Source: Octopus vulgaris (lineage: Eukaryota). Taken from it: a stretch of 64,000 nucleotides of DNA. Positions 50,020 through 62,849 of this stretch are shown in pieces (positions within the stretch are counted from its first letter, which is position 1; every line of letters begins with the position of its first letter). The stretch is from assembly GCA_951406725.2 (NCBI GenBank), contig OX597815.1, forward strand, positions 133,548,001 to 133,612,000, read 5' to 3'. The position numbers and the translations under genes were made by a program. Below the pieces are notes generated by a model. That model saw only the letters and a list, made by a program, of their open reading frames with translations, made no database searches and was not told the DNA's origin.

Positions 50020-51145
50020 AGCAGAGCAACAGTAATTATAAGTATGCCAGACTAAATGCTTTTTGGTGTACAGTTACATCCATTGAGTTTTGCCTTTCAT
50101 CATTCTAGGGTTAATAAACTAAGCACCAGTAAGATATCAGGATTGATTTAATACCCTGTTTCTTTACTGTAAAATGAAATGCATGGCTTTATGCCACAAC
50201 TGAAGCACTGTAACCCCTACCTCCAAAATATGTGGCCTTGTGTTGGTATGAGTTTTCAGAAGTCAGAAAAAATTACTTGTAACAATTGATCCAGCTCTTT
50301 ACATTCTGATTTCAAATTCTGCTGAGATTAACTTTGCCTTTCATCTCTTCAAGGTAAAGTATCAGTTAAGTACTGGAGTCAATGGTATCAACTAATCTCC
50401 ACCCTTTTAAAATTGTTGGCTTTGTGCCTAAATTCAGAAACAATTAACATTAAAATAAAGCTGGCAAGCTGGTAGAATTGTTATCACACCAGACAAAATG
50501 CTTAGCAGCATTTCTTTTGGTTCTTTACATTTTGAGTTCAAATCTTGCTGAGGTCAACTTTGCCTTTCATCCTTTTGGGGGTCAATAAAATAAGTACTGG
50601 GGTTGATGTAACTGACTAGTTCTCCCCCACAAAATTTCAGGCCTTGTACTTATACTATAAGGCATTATTATACTGCACAAAAGGCATTTGAGTGGTAGAG
50701 CAGGGGGTTTTATTTGTGTTCTTTTGACTTCTTTGTTTAAGTTCCACTGTGGTTGACTATGTTCTTTCTTCCGTAAAGGGTGCATAAAATACATACTAGT
50801 CAAATATTAGAGTTGATGTGATCAACTGTATTGCTTCCCAAAATTTATGAACTTTTACCAAATGTAGAAACCTTTATTATTATCATTACATTACTGGCCT
50901 TGTGCCAAAATTATTATTATTATTATAAGGTGGTGAGTTGGCAGAATTGTTAGTATGCCAAACAAAATGATTAGCTTTATTTTGTCCATCTTCAGGTTCT
51001 GTATTCAAATTCCACCGAGGTCAACTTTATCATTCATCTTTTCAGGGTCAATTAATTAAGTACCAGTTAAGTACTGGGATCAATGTAATTGGCTATCCCT
51101 TTCCTCAACATTTCAGATTTTGTGCTTATAGTAGAAAGGATTATT
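50020..51145 (+). mobile_element. Head-to-tail array of about five SINE family B copies
   Basis: The core 'tttgcctttcatc...taagtac...gtactgg' recurs at ~50090, 50335, 50560, 50760 (degenerate) and 51025. Confidence 0.8.
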
Positions 51146-52075
51146 ATAAGAAGTAAGTTGTAACTTAGCTGGTTAGCAATAACAACACAGTTCAGACTTG
51201 TTGCTCTATTAAAAAGTGGTACTTCAATATGGCCATAGGCAAATAGTTAAAAGCAGTAGTGATACTAAATGTTAAAATAAATTTAAATTCTCCATATTTT
51301 CTTGCATTTAAAAGAGATTTTTCTTTCCCTCTAAAAATGTATTCTCTGAAGTATGTGAGTAGCCATGTAGCTTCTCTACAACAAGAGCCTGCTCTATCCC
51401 AACCTCTTTCCTCTTACCTTAACCTGCATCTAACATACAAATGCAACATCCTTCTTCCTTGGGTTTGCTGATTTGCAAGCTACATGGTAACCTTGATAGT
51501 GCCAGTAGCATGAAAATAAAAAGCACTCAGTACACACTGTAAAGTGGTTGATGTTAGAAAGAACATCCAGCCATAGAAAGAAACTATGGTAAAGCAGAGA
51601 CTGGGATACAAGGCAACCCTTCAACTCATTAGATCCTTGTCAAGCCATCTAACTCATGCAAGTATGAAACACTGATGTAAAATGATGAAAAAAAAATCTA
51701 GTTGAAAATGTGCAGTGTATCCTGTACACTGGTGTATATTATATGTTGGCAAATTATTTCATTCATTATATATATATATATATACATACACATCTACCTC
51801 CTATCTTTTCTTTCTTATTTCAAGAAAGTATATACTGTTCTATTCTATCTCTCCTTCTTACACACTTTCTCATTTTGCTCATCTCTCTTCTGTCACATAT
51901 TCTCTTATACCTTTTCTCTCTCTCTTTTTAACTTCTTTTGTCCTTTTTCTTTCTCTTTTCCCTTCATTTATCATTATCAAACACACACACATATTAAATT
52001 GGAATGTAGATTTAAATAATATCTCCCCATTATGAATTTATTATTTATCCTCATCTTTATTCTTTTCTTTTCTAG

Positions 52076-52116
52076 GACCATGTCCCTAAAACATACACTG
52101 CACGAAGAACAAAGAG
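52076..52116 (+). CDS. Candidate 41-nt exon of an unidentified host gene (DHVPKTYTARRTK, or ATG-start MSLKHTLHEEQR)
   Basis: Strong polypyrimidine tract ending 'tttctag', exon-like composition, donor 'AG|gtaaga'; two of three frames are open. Confidence 0.5.
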
Positions 52117-52793
52117 GTAAGAGTTTGAAGTAACCATCTTTCTTTCAGTGTTTTAAAACATCCGCATTGGAAAATGAATTTTTTAAACATGTTTGAAGCC
52201 AAACACATGACTGATAATTATATTTTCAACAGTAATATCACATTTGTAAGGGTTTTCTATCTTATTAACCTCATCTTCTGTATTTCTGCATACACCATGT
52301 TTCAATCTGCTTTCTTTTACAATTTCTAATGCATTGCATTGGCATCTCTCTTTCAGAAGATAATAAAATCATTCATGACAGCCATTTCAATTTCATTAAA
52401 CATCACTGCAGTCATATTCTGGTATAGTAGTATTTTCCGCAACAATATGCACAAGGATGAAAGTCTATGTGGTCATGCGACCTGCTAGAAATAACTGCCA
52501 AATCTCTCTCAGATTACTCCCTGCTATCTTAAACAAAGAAATGGTACAGTAGATAATGTAGTTCTACACAACTCTAAAAAGTTAGGATGGTCATATTTGG
52601 GATGTCTTTTTTAAAGGTTGATCCAGGACTGGCTAAACACCACCACCACTGCCATCAGCTATCTTTGTAGGCTATGTCCTTTAGTGCTTCACAACTGCCA
52701 AATAGCTTTCTTTTCTAATTCTTCATCTTCCTCTTGATTTGTACATGAAAATCCACTGCATGTGTGTATATGTATGTGTATATATATATATAT

Positions 52794-53468
52794 ACCACTA
52801 AGTAAGTTAGGGGTTGTGGATCCAACCCACTAAGGGATAATACTTATCCAATATGCTGTTGGTATACTACCCAAATTATTAATACACAAGTGTTTTTAAT
52901 TGCAATGCAATAAACTCACTTATTGTATTAAATGGGTGCAGGTAAAGAAATATTTTACCATTAATTCATATTACAAATAAGAAAATAGAGAAACACATTA
53001 GTTGGTTTATCAGCTTTAGGATATTAGAATGTTAACTGATTTATTTATCAAAACGACAACCATAATAACATACATTTATACAGTATAAAATTCAATACAT
53101 ATAAGATAAGAATACAAGTAGTTATTAAAAAAAACATTAATATAAATTGTTAAAATCATTAAAATCACTTAAAGCTATTTCAGCCTATGGAAAAAAGTAA
53201 TTTGCTGTGCCTATACATGTCAGTTGTATTGAGGTTGTAGGCAGTTAAAAATGAGGTACTTATATATATCCATAGGCCTCATCAGAGATTATAAAGGACA
53301 TTCAAAATATAAATATATACATGAAACAAGATACACGTACAATTTAATATATATATAAATATCTACACACACACATATATATACATATACACACACATAA
53401 GCAAATATATACACCTATACATGTACATAAATAGACACAATTAAACATACATACAAGCATATAGACAA

Positions 53469-53515
<47 letters not shown>

Positions 53516-53750
53516 TAAACATCCATATCCATGAGTACACATATAATATTTAATTATTACTATTATTATTATTATTAATAATGATATTAGATTCAGTCTA
53601 ATCTTCACTTCACAATACATAATATAGGAGATTCAAATATATAGTATACTATAATATAATATAAACAGATAGTTAAAATCACAGTCAATATATTCATATA
53701 TCATACAGTTAGACTAGAGTTATTAGAATATTTTTTTGCATACACATAAG
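52794..53750 (-). mobile_element. Penelope-like pLTR-type element with hammerhead
   Basis: Begins at a (TA)n run, AT-rich body, hammerhead core on the minus strand at 53163-53290. Confidence 0.5.
53163..53290 (-). ncRNA. Degenerate hammerhead with long stem II loop
   Basis: Minus strand: atct-CTGATGA-g-gcctatgga-[77 nt]-tccataggc-t-GAAA-tagctt-TA-agtgat. Confidence 0.55.
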
Positions 53751-54133
53751 TCTATGTGTGTGGACAACAAATAGATGCGCATGCATATATATACATATGT
53801 ACAAATATACACCAATATCTATGTGAAAATTTTTTTCTTATCATGTACATATGTGTATAAAGCAAGGGCATAGATGTGCAGTTAAACACTTTGTAGCCAC
53901 ATAGTTCCAGGTTTGATCTTACTGTATGGCACTTTAGGCAAATGTCTTCTACTATAGCATTGAAACTGTGTGGAAGCCAGTTGTGTATGTTTATATACAT
54001 CCATGTCTTTTGGCAGTGAGTGCTCTTTACATGTGCAGTGTATAAAGTAACCCCTCTCATGTTACCCTTTAGAGTGATTGGCAAGCAAGCAGTGGACGAG
54101 TTGAGAGATCCCTTTAGTCATATCTTGCAGAGA

Positions 54134-54330
54134 ACTTGACACCATCTCAGGTGCTAGTGCCACAATGAAATGTAAAGTGGTTAGTGATAGGAAGGATATC
54201 CAACCACAGAATCCCCAGGTCAAAAGGAAATGACTTGACAACATCTCAGGTGTTAATGCTACAATGAAATGTAAAGTGGTTAGTGATAGGAAGGATATCC
54301 AACCACAGAACCCAGGTCAAAAGGAAATGA
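54134..54330. repeat. 99-bp tandem duplication within a family D element
   Basis: 'acttgaca..atctcaggtg...caggtcaaaaggaaatg' occurs twice. Confidence 0.9.
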
Positions 54331-55250
54331 AGAAGAACCAGTCTGTGAGAGCAATGGCTGGTATCCCCTCTAACACATTTTTCCTGGTAAAAAATATTCA
54401 CACACAAGGTATTTGAGCTGAATTAAAAGTTTTTTTTAATCAAGGAATATGAACAAAGGTTACTTGCTTGGATGCACACATACTTTGCAAAGAAAGACGA
54501 AATTAGCACACATGCAAATTACTATACACACCCATAGATAAAAATAGAGGGAATATTAGAATATTGGTAGTGGTTCTACATAAAAACTTATGTGGATTGT
54601 GATGACTTGTCCAACCTATGCCATCATGGAAAGGGAACATGATAGTAATGACAATTGTGTGTGTGTGTGTGTGCGTGCGAACTGCTGTAAAGCAGTGCTT
54701 GTGTTGTTTCCTTTCTTATCAAAAGATAACAGCCATTCAATAAACAGGAATTGATAAAATAAGGGACCAGACTGAAATAACTCCAAATTGCACTGTCCAT
54801 AGGCAAAATAATAATTCAATTGCTGATGACATTACCATATTTGATAGTACAAAAGACACTCAGGCATATTAGATACATCCCAATTTCAGTAATGTGTATT
54901 CAAGAAAAAGTGTTTTAAGTGCATTAAAGCATGTAATGTAGGCTTAGTTTTTTATATAGGATCCAGGTTGATGCTTTGGAGGCATTTAAAAAAAAAAAAA
55001 AAAAAGAAGCAATCTGTCTTATATGCCATAATACAGTACATAACAGATAAACTTAGCATTTTGTTTAATCTTTTTATAATACATTTTCATGGGTTCTGAA
55101 GATGAATGCTTTGGTGGAGTGAAGATGAAGACAAGGCTCATGATTTTCCACTATGTTGATTAATCTTTGTATGTAACTAAGATGGGTGTTTACTGATCTG
55201 ATCTCTGGTGAAGCTAACAAAATCTTGGGAAGGAAACCAGTTACAAATTG

Positions 55251-55465
55251 ATGTTTAACCAGCTGTATCTTGCTTAAGTATTTTACCTGTTTTATGTTCA
55301 AACTGGCCAGATTCAGACTCTCATACCTACTCTACATTATAATTCTAAAAGTAAACAATCATATTGTCAAAATCCCAAAGCGATGAAATAATGCAAGATT
55401 AATTCAAAAGAATATGAACAAATAAGCATTACATTTGACAAAGTAATCTGAATGCTTAAAGATTA
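55251..55465. mobile_element. piggyBac-type MITE
   Basis: Same body as 31594-31785. Confidence 0.7.
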
Positions 55466-55991
55466 GATGAATACAATATTATGTCCTGCAATCCAGGCCC
55501 AGCATCATACAGTTGCTGCTCTCTTTTCTGTCTGTACTTTTTGACAATCTGGTCCTTTGTAAAGGAATGTGTAGTCCAATACTGTTAAGGATCCAAATAC
55601 TTGCCGCACTAAAAGCAATCAAGGGCTAAGTTTACTTGTTCATTTTATATGTTTTACTATGCATGTTTGGGTTAGATGGGTACTATTTGAAGCGGTTTTT
55701 TTAATACATGGTTGATTGCTCTTCCTGTCACCAACCATTATTTTATATAAGAAAAAAAAGATGAGCTTTTACTCCACAATTCTGAGAGAAGTGTTCACTG
55801 AGAACAAACAACAAAACTGTCTTCTTACATGCAGTTTCTGTCTACCACCTACCAATTTTACTCACAAAGCATTAGCTGATCCAGAGCAGTTGTAAAAGCC
55901 ACTTGCCAAAGATGACATGCAGTGGGACTAAACCTAAGATCACACAGTTGGAAATTGAACTGAACCACATAGCTATAAAGATGTGTTAAAT

Positions 55992-56319
55992 CAATGATTC
56001 TCAACTTTTTCTTTACCTATGGACCCCTTTGATTACTATATAACTTTGTTGGACTCCCATCACCACATGAAGTATAAAACTAGTTTTATAAATATTTCTT
56101 TCAAAATTCTTATTTTGTTTTTCACACATTCACCTGTGTAGGTTGAACTATGTAAAATGTTAGAGACAAAAATTTTGCTGTTTCTTGCAAGATCAAAAAT
56201 TTTCATGGACCCTTAAACTACTACTGTGAGTTTCCAATTTACCATTTTGTTTGTGTGGACCCTCACAAATTTTATATGGACATCCAAGGGGTCATATGGA
56301 TACCAGTTGAGAACCACTG
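55992..56319. mobile_element. hAT/Charlie-like MITE
   Basis: TIRs 'caatgattctcaac' and 'gttgagaaccactg'; flanking 8-mers tgttaaat and tgttagag (6/8 identical, a likely TSD). Confidence 0.8.
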
Positions 56320-56771
56320 TGTTAGAGCTACCACTAGTGAAGGTTAGAGAAATGTGGTATGTGAATGTTGGCAGAGTGTAACCCAGTTGAATTCTATTAT
56401 AAATAGAAATATAGAAGACGAGGTTAATAATCTGGGAAAAACTCCTCATACTGTTATTCTAGAATTAATTTATTTAAACAATAGAGACATTTGTGTAAAA
56501 TGTACCTTCTCTCACACAGCTGAAGTAAGTTTGTTTTTCAATTTCATCCACCATCATCTTTTAACATCCATCTTCTATGCTGGCATGGGTTGGATGGTTT
56601 GACAGGAACTGACATGTCTGAGGATGGCACCATTCTCCAATATCTGCTTTGGTGTGGTTTCTATGGCTAGTTATCCTTCCTAATTGTAACCACTGGGTGT
56701 TTCTTTTCCCCAGCACCATCATTAGTTAAGTTATTATGCAATGTGGGATTACAGCAAAGAGGGAGGCAGCC

Positions 56772-56999
56772 TTGACTCTTTAGCATTCAGATTACTCTGT
56801 CAAATGTAATACTTACTTATTTGCATTGCTTTCAGTTAATCATGCATTATCTCATAGCTTTGAAATTTCGATGATGTGATTGTGTATTTTTAGAACGACA
56901 TTGTAGTGTAGGTGTGAGAGACTGGATATTGCCAGTTTGAACATAAAATGGGTAGAATATTTTGGCCAGATATGGCTGGTTTAAATGTTAAAGGGTTAA
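56772..56999. mobile_element. piggyBac-type MITE
   Basis: 'ttgactctttagcattc' ... 'aatgttaaagggttaa'. Confidence 0.8.
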
Positions 57000-57095
57000 G
57001 CTACTTAAAATATGAGAGAAGGGACCAGAACAGATTTTTTTGTTGTAGATGAACTACATACCTACTTGCACATTATTATTCATTTCTCTTTCAAA

Positions 57096-57290
57096 GTGGT
57101 GAGCTAGCAGAATCATTAGCTTGTCGGACAAAATGTTTAGTGGCATTTCTTCCAGCTCTTTATGTTCAGCATCCTTTCAGGGTCAGTAACATAAGTACCA
57201 ATCAAGTACTGGGGGGGGGGGGGTCAATGTAATTTACTTGCACCTCCCTTCAAAATTGCTGGCCTTGTACCAAAATTAGAAAGAATTAGT
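57096..57290 (+). mobile_element. SINE family B
   Basis: 'gtggtgagctagcagaatcattagc...catcctttcagggtc...taagtacc'. Confidence 0.75.
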
Positions 57291-57480
57291 AATTTCTCAT
57301 TCCCCATATTCTCATCTGTCTTTCTCTCTCTCACACACATACATGCAACAAGGTACACGATTTAAAAACACTTCATAAAAAAGACAAAGATACAAAAAAA
57401 AATCTCTTTACTCTCTTCTGTTTCACTCATAAGCACACTCACACATTCAAAATCTTCCATTCACACAAACACACTGGCTT

Positions 57481-57545
<65 letters not shown>

Positions 57546-58061
57546 TAGCTCTTTTTTTTTTTCCTCTTTCCCATCTAATTCTCTGACTCTTTCTCTCCTA
57601 TGCAGATTGTTTATTAAAAAAAGAACAAGATAAATAAATTATCTTTTAAAATAGATTTGTGAGTTTTCCCCTCTTCAGAAATGCTGAAATGTTGGCTTGA
57701 AACTATTTAAGCTATTTTAATTCTGAAGATCTTTGTTATAATTTGGTTGTTTGCCAGCATTGGGTTATAAAAGACATTTATTGTTGAGAATATTGCTGTT
57801 GTTTGTTATTCAACTATATTTAAATCCAACATAAAAAAAATTCACCACACTCAGACACACAAATGCACACATACATGTATGCATATAGCTATAGTTTCTG
57901 TCACCTGAAGGATGGATGTTAAAATGATGATGATAAGACCTGCTACTGCTTAAATGAATAATATGTTATCATGATTTGCTGGAGTTAATTTCTCTCTAAT
58001 CAATGCTACTTGGTCATGTCCATATTTAAGTCTCTTTAACTGGCTCAGTCCATCTAGTTGT

Positions 58062-59770
58062 AAAACCATGCTAATAGTAAGTACGGCCCTGCTCAATCTG
58101 TAGAAAAGGCATAGGTAGAAACTCTATAAGATGTACCCAGTGTAAGCTATGGGGCACACAAGAGGTACAGCAATATCAAAGGAAGGCTAACTGGTAAGAT
58201 TTGGTTTTTGCGTGTGGCAGATGCTCAGGAGCAATAAACACTGAAAATGTGCAGAGAACAACTTCTGCCACATTCAAGGGAGAAAAACTAGAAGTAGTTG
58301 ATAGTTTCCATTACTTTGGTGACCAAGTCAGTAGTTGGGGTGGGTGCTCTGAAAGTGTAGCTGCTAGAATAAGAATAGCCTGGGCAAAGTTCAGAGAGCT
58401 CCTACTTCTGCTGGTGACAAAGGGCCTCTTGCTCAGAGTAAAAAGTAGACTGTATGACGCATGTGTACGAACAGCCATGCTACATAGCAGTGAAACATGG
58501 GCTGTGACTGCTGAGGCCATATATAAGCTTGCAAGGAACGAAGCCAGTATGTTCTGCTGGATGTGTAATATCAGTGTGCATACTCAACAGAGTGTTAGTG
58601 CCCTGAGAGAAAGGGTGGACCTAAGAAGCATCAGATGTGGTGTGCAAGAGAGATGACTGCGCTGGTATGGTCATTTGGCGAGAATGGATGTGGATAGCTG
58701 TGTGAAAAAGTGCCACACCCTAGCAGTTGAGGGAACCTGTGGAAGTGGTAGACCCAGGAAGACCTGGGATGAGGTGGTGAAGCATAACCTTCAAACATTG
58801 GGCCTCACCGAGGCAATGACTAGTGACTGGGACCTCTGGAAATATGCTGTGCTTGAGAAGACTTGGCAAGCGCAAGTGTGACCATAACCTTGTGGCCTAT
58901 GCTAGGGATATAACCAGTCCACTTATGCGTGCCTTGAGAGAATGAACCTAAGAAGCATCAGATGTGGTGTGCAAGAGAGATGACTGTGCTGGTATGGTCA
59001 TGTGGTGAGAATGAATGAGGATAGCTGTGTGAAAAAGTGTCACACCCTAGTGATGTGACACTTTTTCACACAGGGATGAGGTGGTGAAGCATGACCTTTG
59101 GACATTAGGTCTCACCGAGGCAATGACTAGTGACCGAGACCTTTGGAAATATGCTGTGCTTGAGAAGACCTGGCAAGCCAAGTGAGACTATAACCCGTGG
59201 CCAATGCCAGTGGTGTAACAATCCCACTTATGTGTAGTTTTCCTTCATTAGACACTAAACTCTGCTTGCAAAGACCTGTTGATCAAATTCGATGACAGCA
59301 CTTCATGACTGGCAGCTGTGCTAGTGGAGCACTAAGAACACCATCCGAGCGTAATTGTTGTCAGTGCCGCTGAGATGCTCCTGTGCCAGTGACACGTAAA
59401 AAGCACCATTCGAGCATGATCGTTACCAGCACCGCCTTACTGGTACTTGTGCTGGTGGTACGTGAAAAACAACATTCGAGCGAGGTCGTTGCCAGTGTCG
59501 CTGGACTGGCTCCTGTGCAGGTGGCACGTAAAAAACACCATTTGAGCGTGGCCATTATCAGTACTGCTTGACTGGTCCTCATGCCGGTGGCATGTAAAAG
59601 CACCCACTACACTCTTGGAGTAGTTGTCGTTAGGAAGGGCATCCAGCTGTAGAAATTCTGCCAGATCAGATTGGAGCCTGGTGTAGCCATCTGGCTTGCC
59701 AGTCCTCAGTCAAACTATCCAACCCATGACAGCATGGAAAGCAGTGATTAAATGATGATGATGATGATGA
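58062..59770 (+). mobile_element. RTE LINE 3' portion with Cys/His motif, internal ~331-bp duplication and full 3' UTR
   Basis: ORFs 58201..58656 (LEVVDSFHYFGDQVS..RIRIAWAKFRELL..ETWAV) and 58675..58881 (GRPRKTWDEVV); 58598-58933 recurs at 58929-59236; (GAT)n tail. Confidence 0.93.
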
Positions 59771-61243
59771 CTTCACTGCTGAAAATGTTAGCTTTTGTTC
59801 AAAATGGCTTGCATTATTTAGTTTATATTTTGAGTTCAAATCCTGTCAGGGTCAGCTTTGCTTTTTATCATTCTGGAGTTGATTTATATTTTGTTATGTA
59901 TCTTGGATGTGAATAGAATTATAATAGAAGATGAAATATTCATCAAGTTTCCATCAATATTTTATATTAAAAATTGTCAGTTTTCAGGGAAATACCATTT
60001 TCAGAAATAGTTGATCTTTAGTCTATAGTCTTTAGGTTTTAGCTCTAATCAAGTATTCCAACCATGACCATCTTATTTTCTCACACAGTGTATCTGGTGT
60101 GACTGAATAATCTGATGTGTTCTTCCTTTTTCCCAGACAGTAAGTTGTGACCTAATGGAGGTTTAGTTACTATTTCAAACAGGAGGTTTTAACTGATTTA
60201 AAAAAACTTAAAATTATATTTCTAAAAATCTAATTGTATTATCCATTCATCTAGTGAATCTAGTGGACTATCATGCGCATCGAGGCACTATGTGCCCTGT
60301 TAATATATTTATTTAGTGGAATTTTGTTTCTTTGTTAGGATTACATTTAATTATTCAGTTATTGAGGGGGATTTTTTTTGCTATACATTATAATTCATGT
60401 ATTGAATATTCTTTTAATTCTGTTATATTATACAGGATGTAAATTATAGTTGGGTATTACAGTACACTCATGTGAAGGGAGCTTTGGTTTTATTTGATAA
60501 AGTAATATCAAAATGTTAAATTATTGGTTAGATGACATTGAATTATGTAAATAGTGCAAAAAATGTAAAGCAGACTAAGAACAATTAACCTTTTGAATTG
60601 GGCATCCAGCTGTAGAAACAATGTCAAAACGAAATGTATAAGTGTGACCTAGTTATCTAATGTGATGTGTCTAGCAGGGTAGTCACTCTGAATAAAACCC
60701 AACTTGGACTGTGACGACTCATCCAACTCACGCCAGTTTGGAAAGTAGAAGTAAATTGATGATGACAGTGACAACAGCTGAAGGGTGGTCATCATGATGA
60801 TGTTGATGAGTTAGTTTTAAAAAATGTAATAAAAACACTAATGTAACACCCAAGAAACAGTCTCTAGACTGTCTATGTACACCTGTACATGCTTGACTTC
60901 ATGCACTAGTGAGTTTGTCATAACAGTTTATGATTGTTTGATAATGTATATCCTATATACGAAGCAAAAAAATGCTGTTGTGGTTGACTGATTATTATAC
61001 TACTTGGATTTCTGTGTAACTCTGTCAGTTGGTGACTCTTTGACCTTGTATAAATTTCTATTACATAACAGTAGGGGTTGGGGACAATTTGTAAACCTTG
61101 GTTTGTAATGGTGTTTGTTAACCATTATAATGCAAAAGTCATCTATGTTTTCTTGGATTTCCTTACGAAAGAATAGAATTTAACTAAAGGTGAAGGGACA
61201 ATGTTTTAGTCAGTGATTACTTATATTCTATTATCATTCATAT

Positions 61244-61418
61244 CCATCATCATCATCACCATTTAACATCCATTCTCCTTGCTGGCATGGGTTAGACAGT
61301 TTGACTGGAGCTGATGAGTTAGAGAGTTGTACCAGGTTCCAATCTGATTTGACATGGTTTCTACAGCTGGATGGCCTTCCTAATGCCAACCACTGCAGAA
61401 ATGTAATGGGTACTTTTC
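61244..61418 (-). mobile_element. RTE-tail element (family D)
   Basis: (CAT)n followed by 'tttaacatcc...gctggcatgggttagacag'. Confidence 0.75.
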
Positions 61419-61479
61419 AATAAATGGATATGGTGTGGTGAGATAGAATCTCTAAAATGTGTTATTTTTTCAAGTCAAA

Positions 61480-62182
61480 TTTTCTTGACTCTTGTCTCTG
61501 TCCAATTACCTCTTTCACCCTTTCCCACTCATCACATCATCTCCCTATTTTTCATCTATCCACCCCTCCCTTTATGCACTGCCACTTATTACCTCCTCCT
61601 CCTGGACCCACTCCTATTTTCTGTTACCTTACTTCTCCCCACAAACTGAGATTCACCATTGGCTGCACTTCCACCTGTATTAATCCTTCACTGCCTTCTA
61701 TCACCATTTCTAACCACCTGTCAGTCTCTTTTCACACTCTCGCAAACCTACCCATCTTTGATAACTTTGTCTCTGCTCTCTCATATATCCACCTTCTTGT
61801 ACCTTGAGGATATGCCCTGATATCTCATCACTACCATCCTTTCTCCCTTTCCAGCAGAAGCAGCCATGCATCTTCCCTACAACAAGACATGTGTTCCTCT
61901 TTAACATACTTCAACCTCTCAACATCTGGCAGAAAGCTACCTCCCTCAATACTACACTTTCTCTCAGCTGATGGGGTCTTGTCTTGCAAGTTACTCAGTA
62001 ACCTTAAAAATGCTGGTGCCATGGAAAAAAAGCACCCAGTGTACTCTAAAGTGGTTGGCATTAGGTAGGGCATCCAGCTATAGAAACCATGCTAAAGCCA
62101 ATGCTGGAGCTTGACATAGTCTTCCAGCTTGGATTCTGTCCAATCCATGCCAGCATGGAAGACAGATGTTAAATAATGATGA
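61480..62182 (+). mobile_element. Long family D element (C/T-rich body plus RTE-type tail)
   Basis: Tail 'gctggtgccatggaaaaaagcacccagt...ccatgccagcatggaagacagatgttaaataatgatg'. Confidence 0.7.
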
Positions 62183-62849
62183 TATCTTTCTCTTTTGTTT
62201 GTCTATATTTTTTGTTTCATATAAAATCACCCAAAAGAAATTCTTCAATGATTTCTCATTCCATTTTAATATTTTTATAACCGAGTTTCTCAAAACAAAG
62301 CTATAAAGGCTGTTAGGGTCCATTGAGTTTTAAATGGAGGCAAATATGAGTACTAAGATAGGTAAATGTTTATTGAAAAACAACAATTTTTACTGATCAG
62401 GATTGGAACTTGTTAGATTAGTTCCAAGCAATGAAACTCCCTTGAATGAGAAATTGGATAGAATGTAGGTAATCAAAAGAGTGTAATGTAGTTAACATTT
62501 TTCTTAAATTTTTCAGTTGATATATTAAAGGTAAAGAAATAAAAAAATAAATTTAAAAAAGCCCCCCCCCCCCCCCAACAATCTTGGACAGGAAGTTGGT
62601 ACTAAATAGAATCAGTGTAATTGAAGGAACAGTTGGTTCAGTCTATTTGAACAAGGGGTCACAGAGATTATGCATCAGTGAATTTTTTAAGTTTAATACT
62701 TTCCCTGCCATGAAAATCATGGCAGCTAATATACTATAAAATGAAATATTAGTTGTATATCTGAATAAAACATTTTTTTAACTAGGAGCACATTTTTTAT
62801 GTGAGATTATTACCCCTTTGCTATATCCTTCAACCCCTAAATCTGTTAG

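Noticed and set aside
57663-57680. Minus-strand CTGAAGAGGGGAAAAC
   Set aside because: No room for stem II; chance match.
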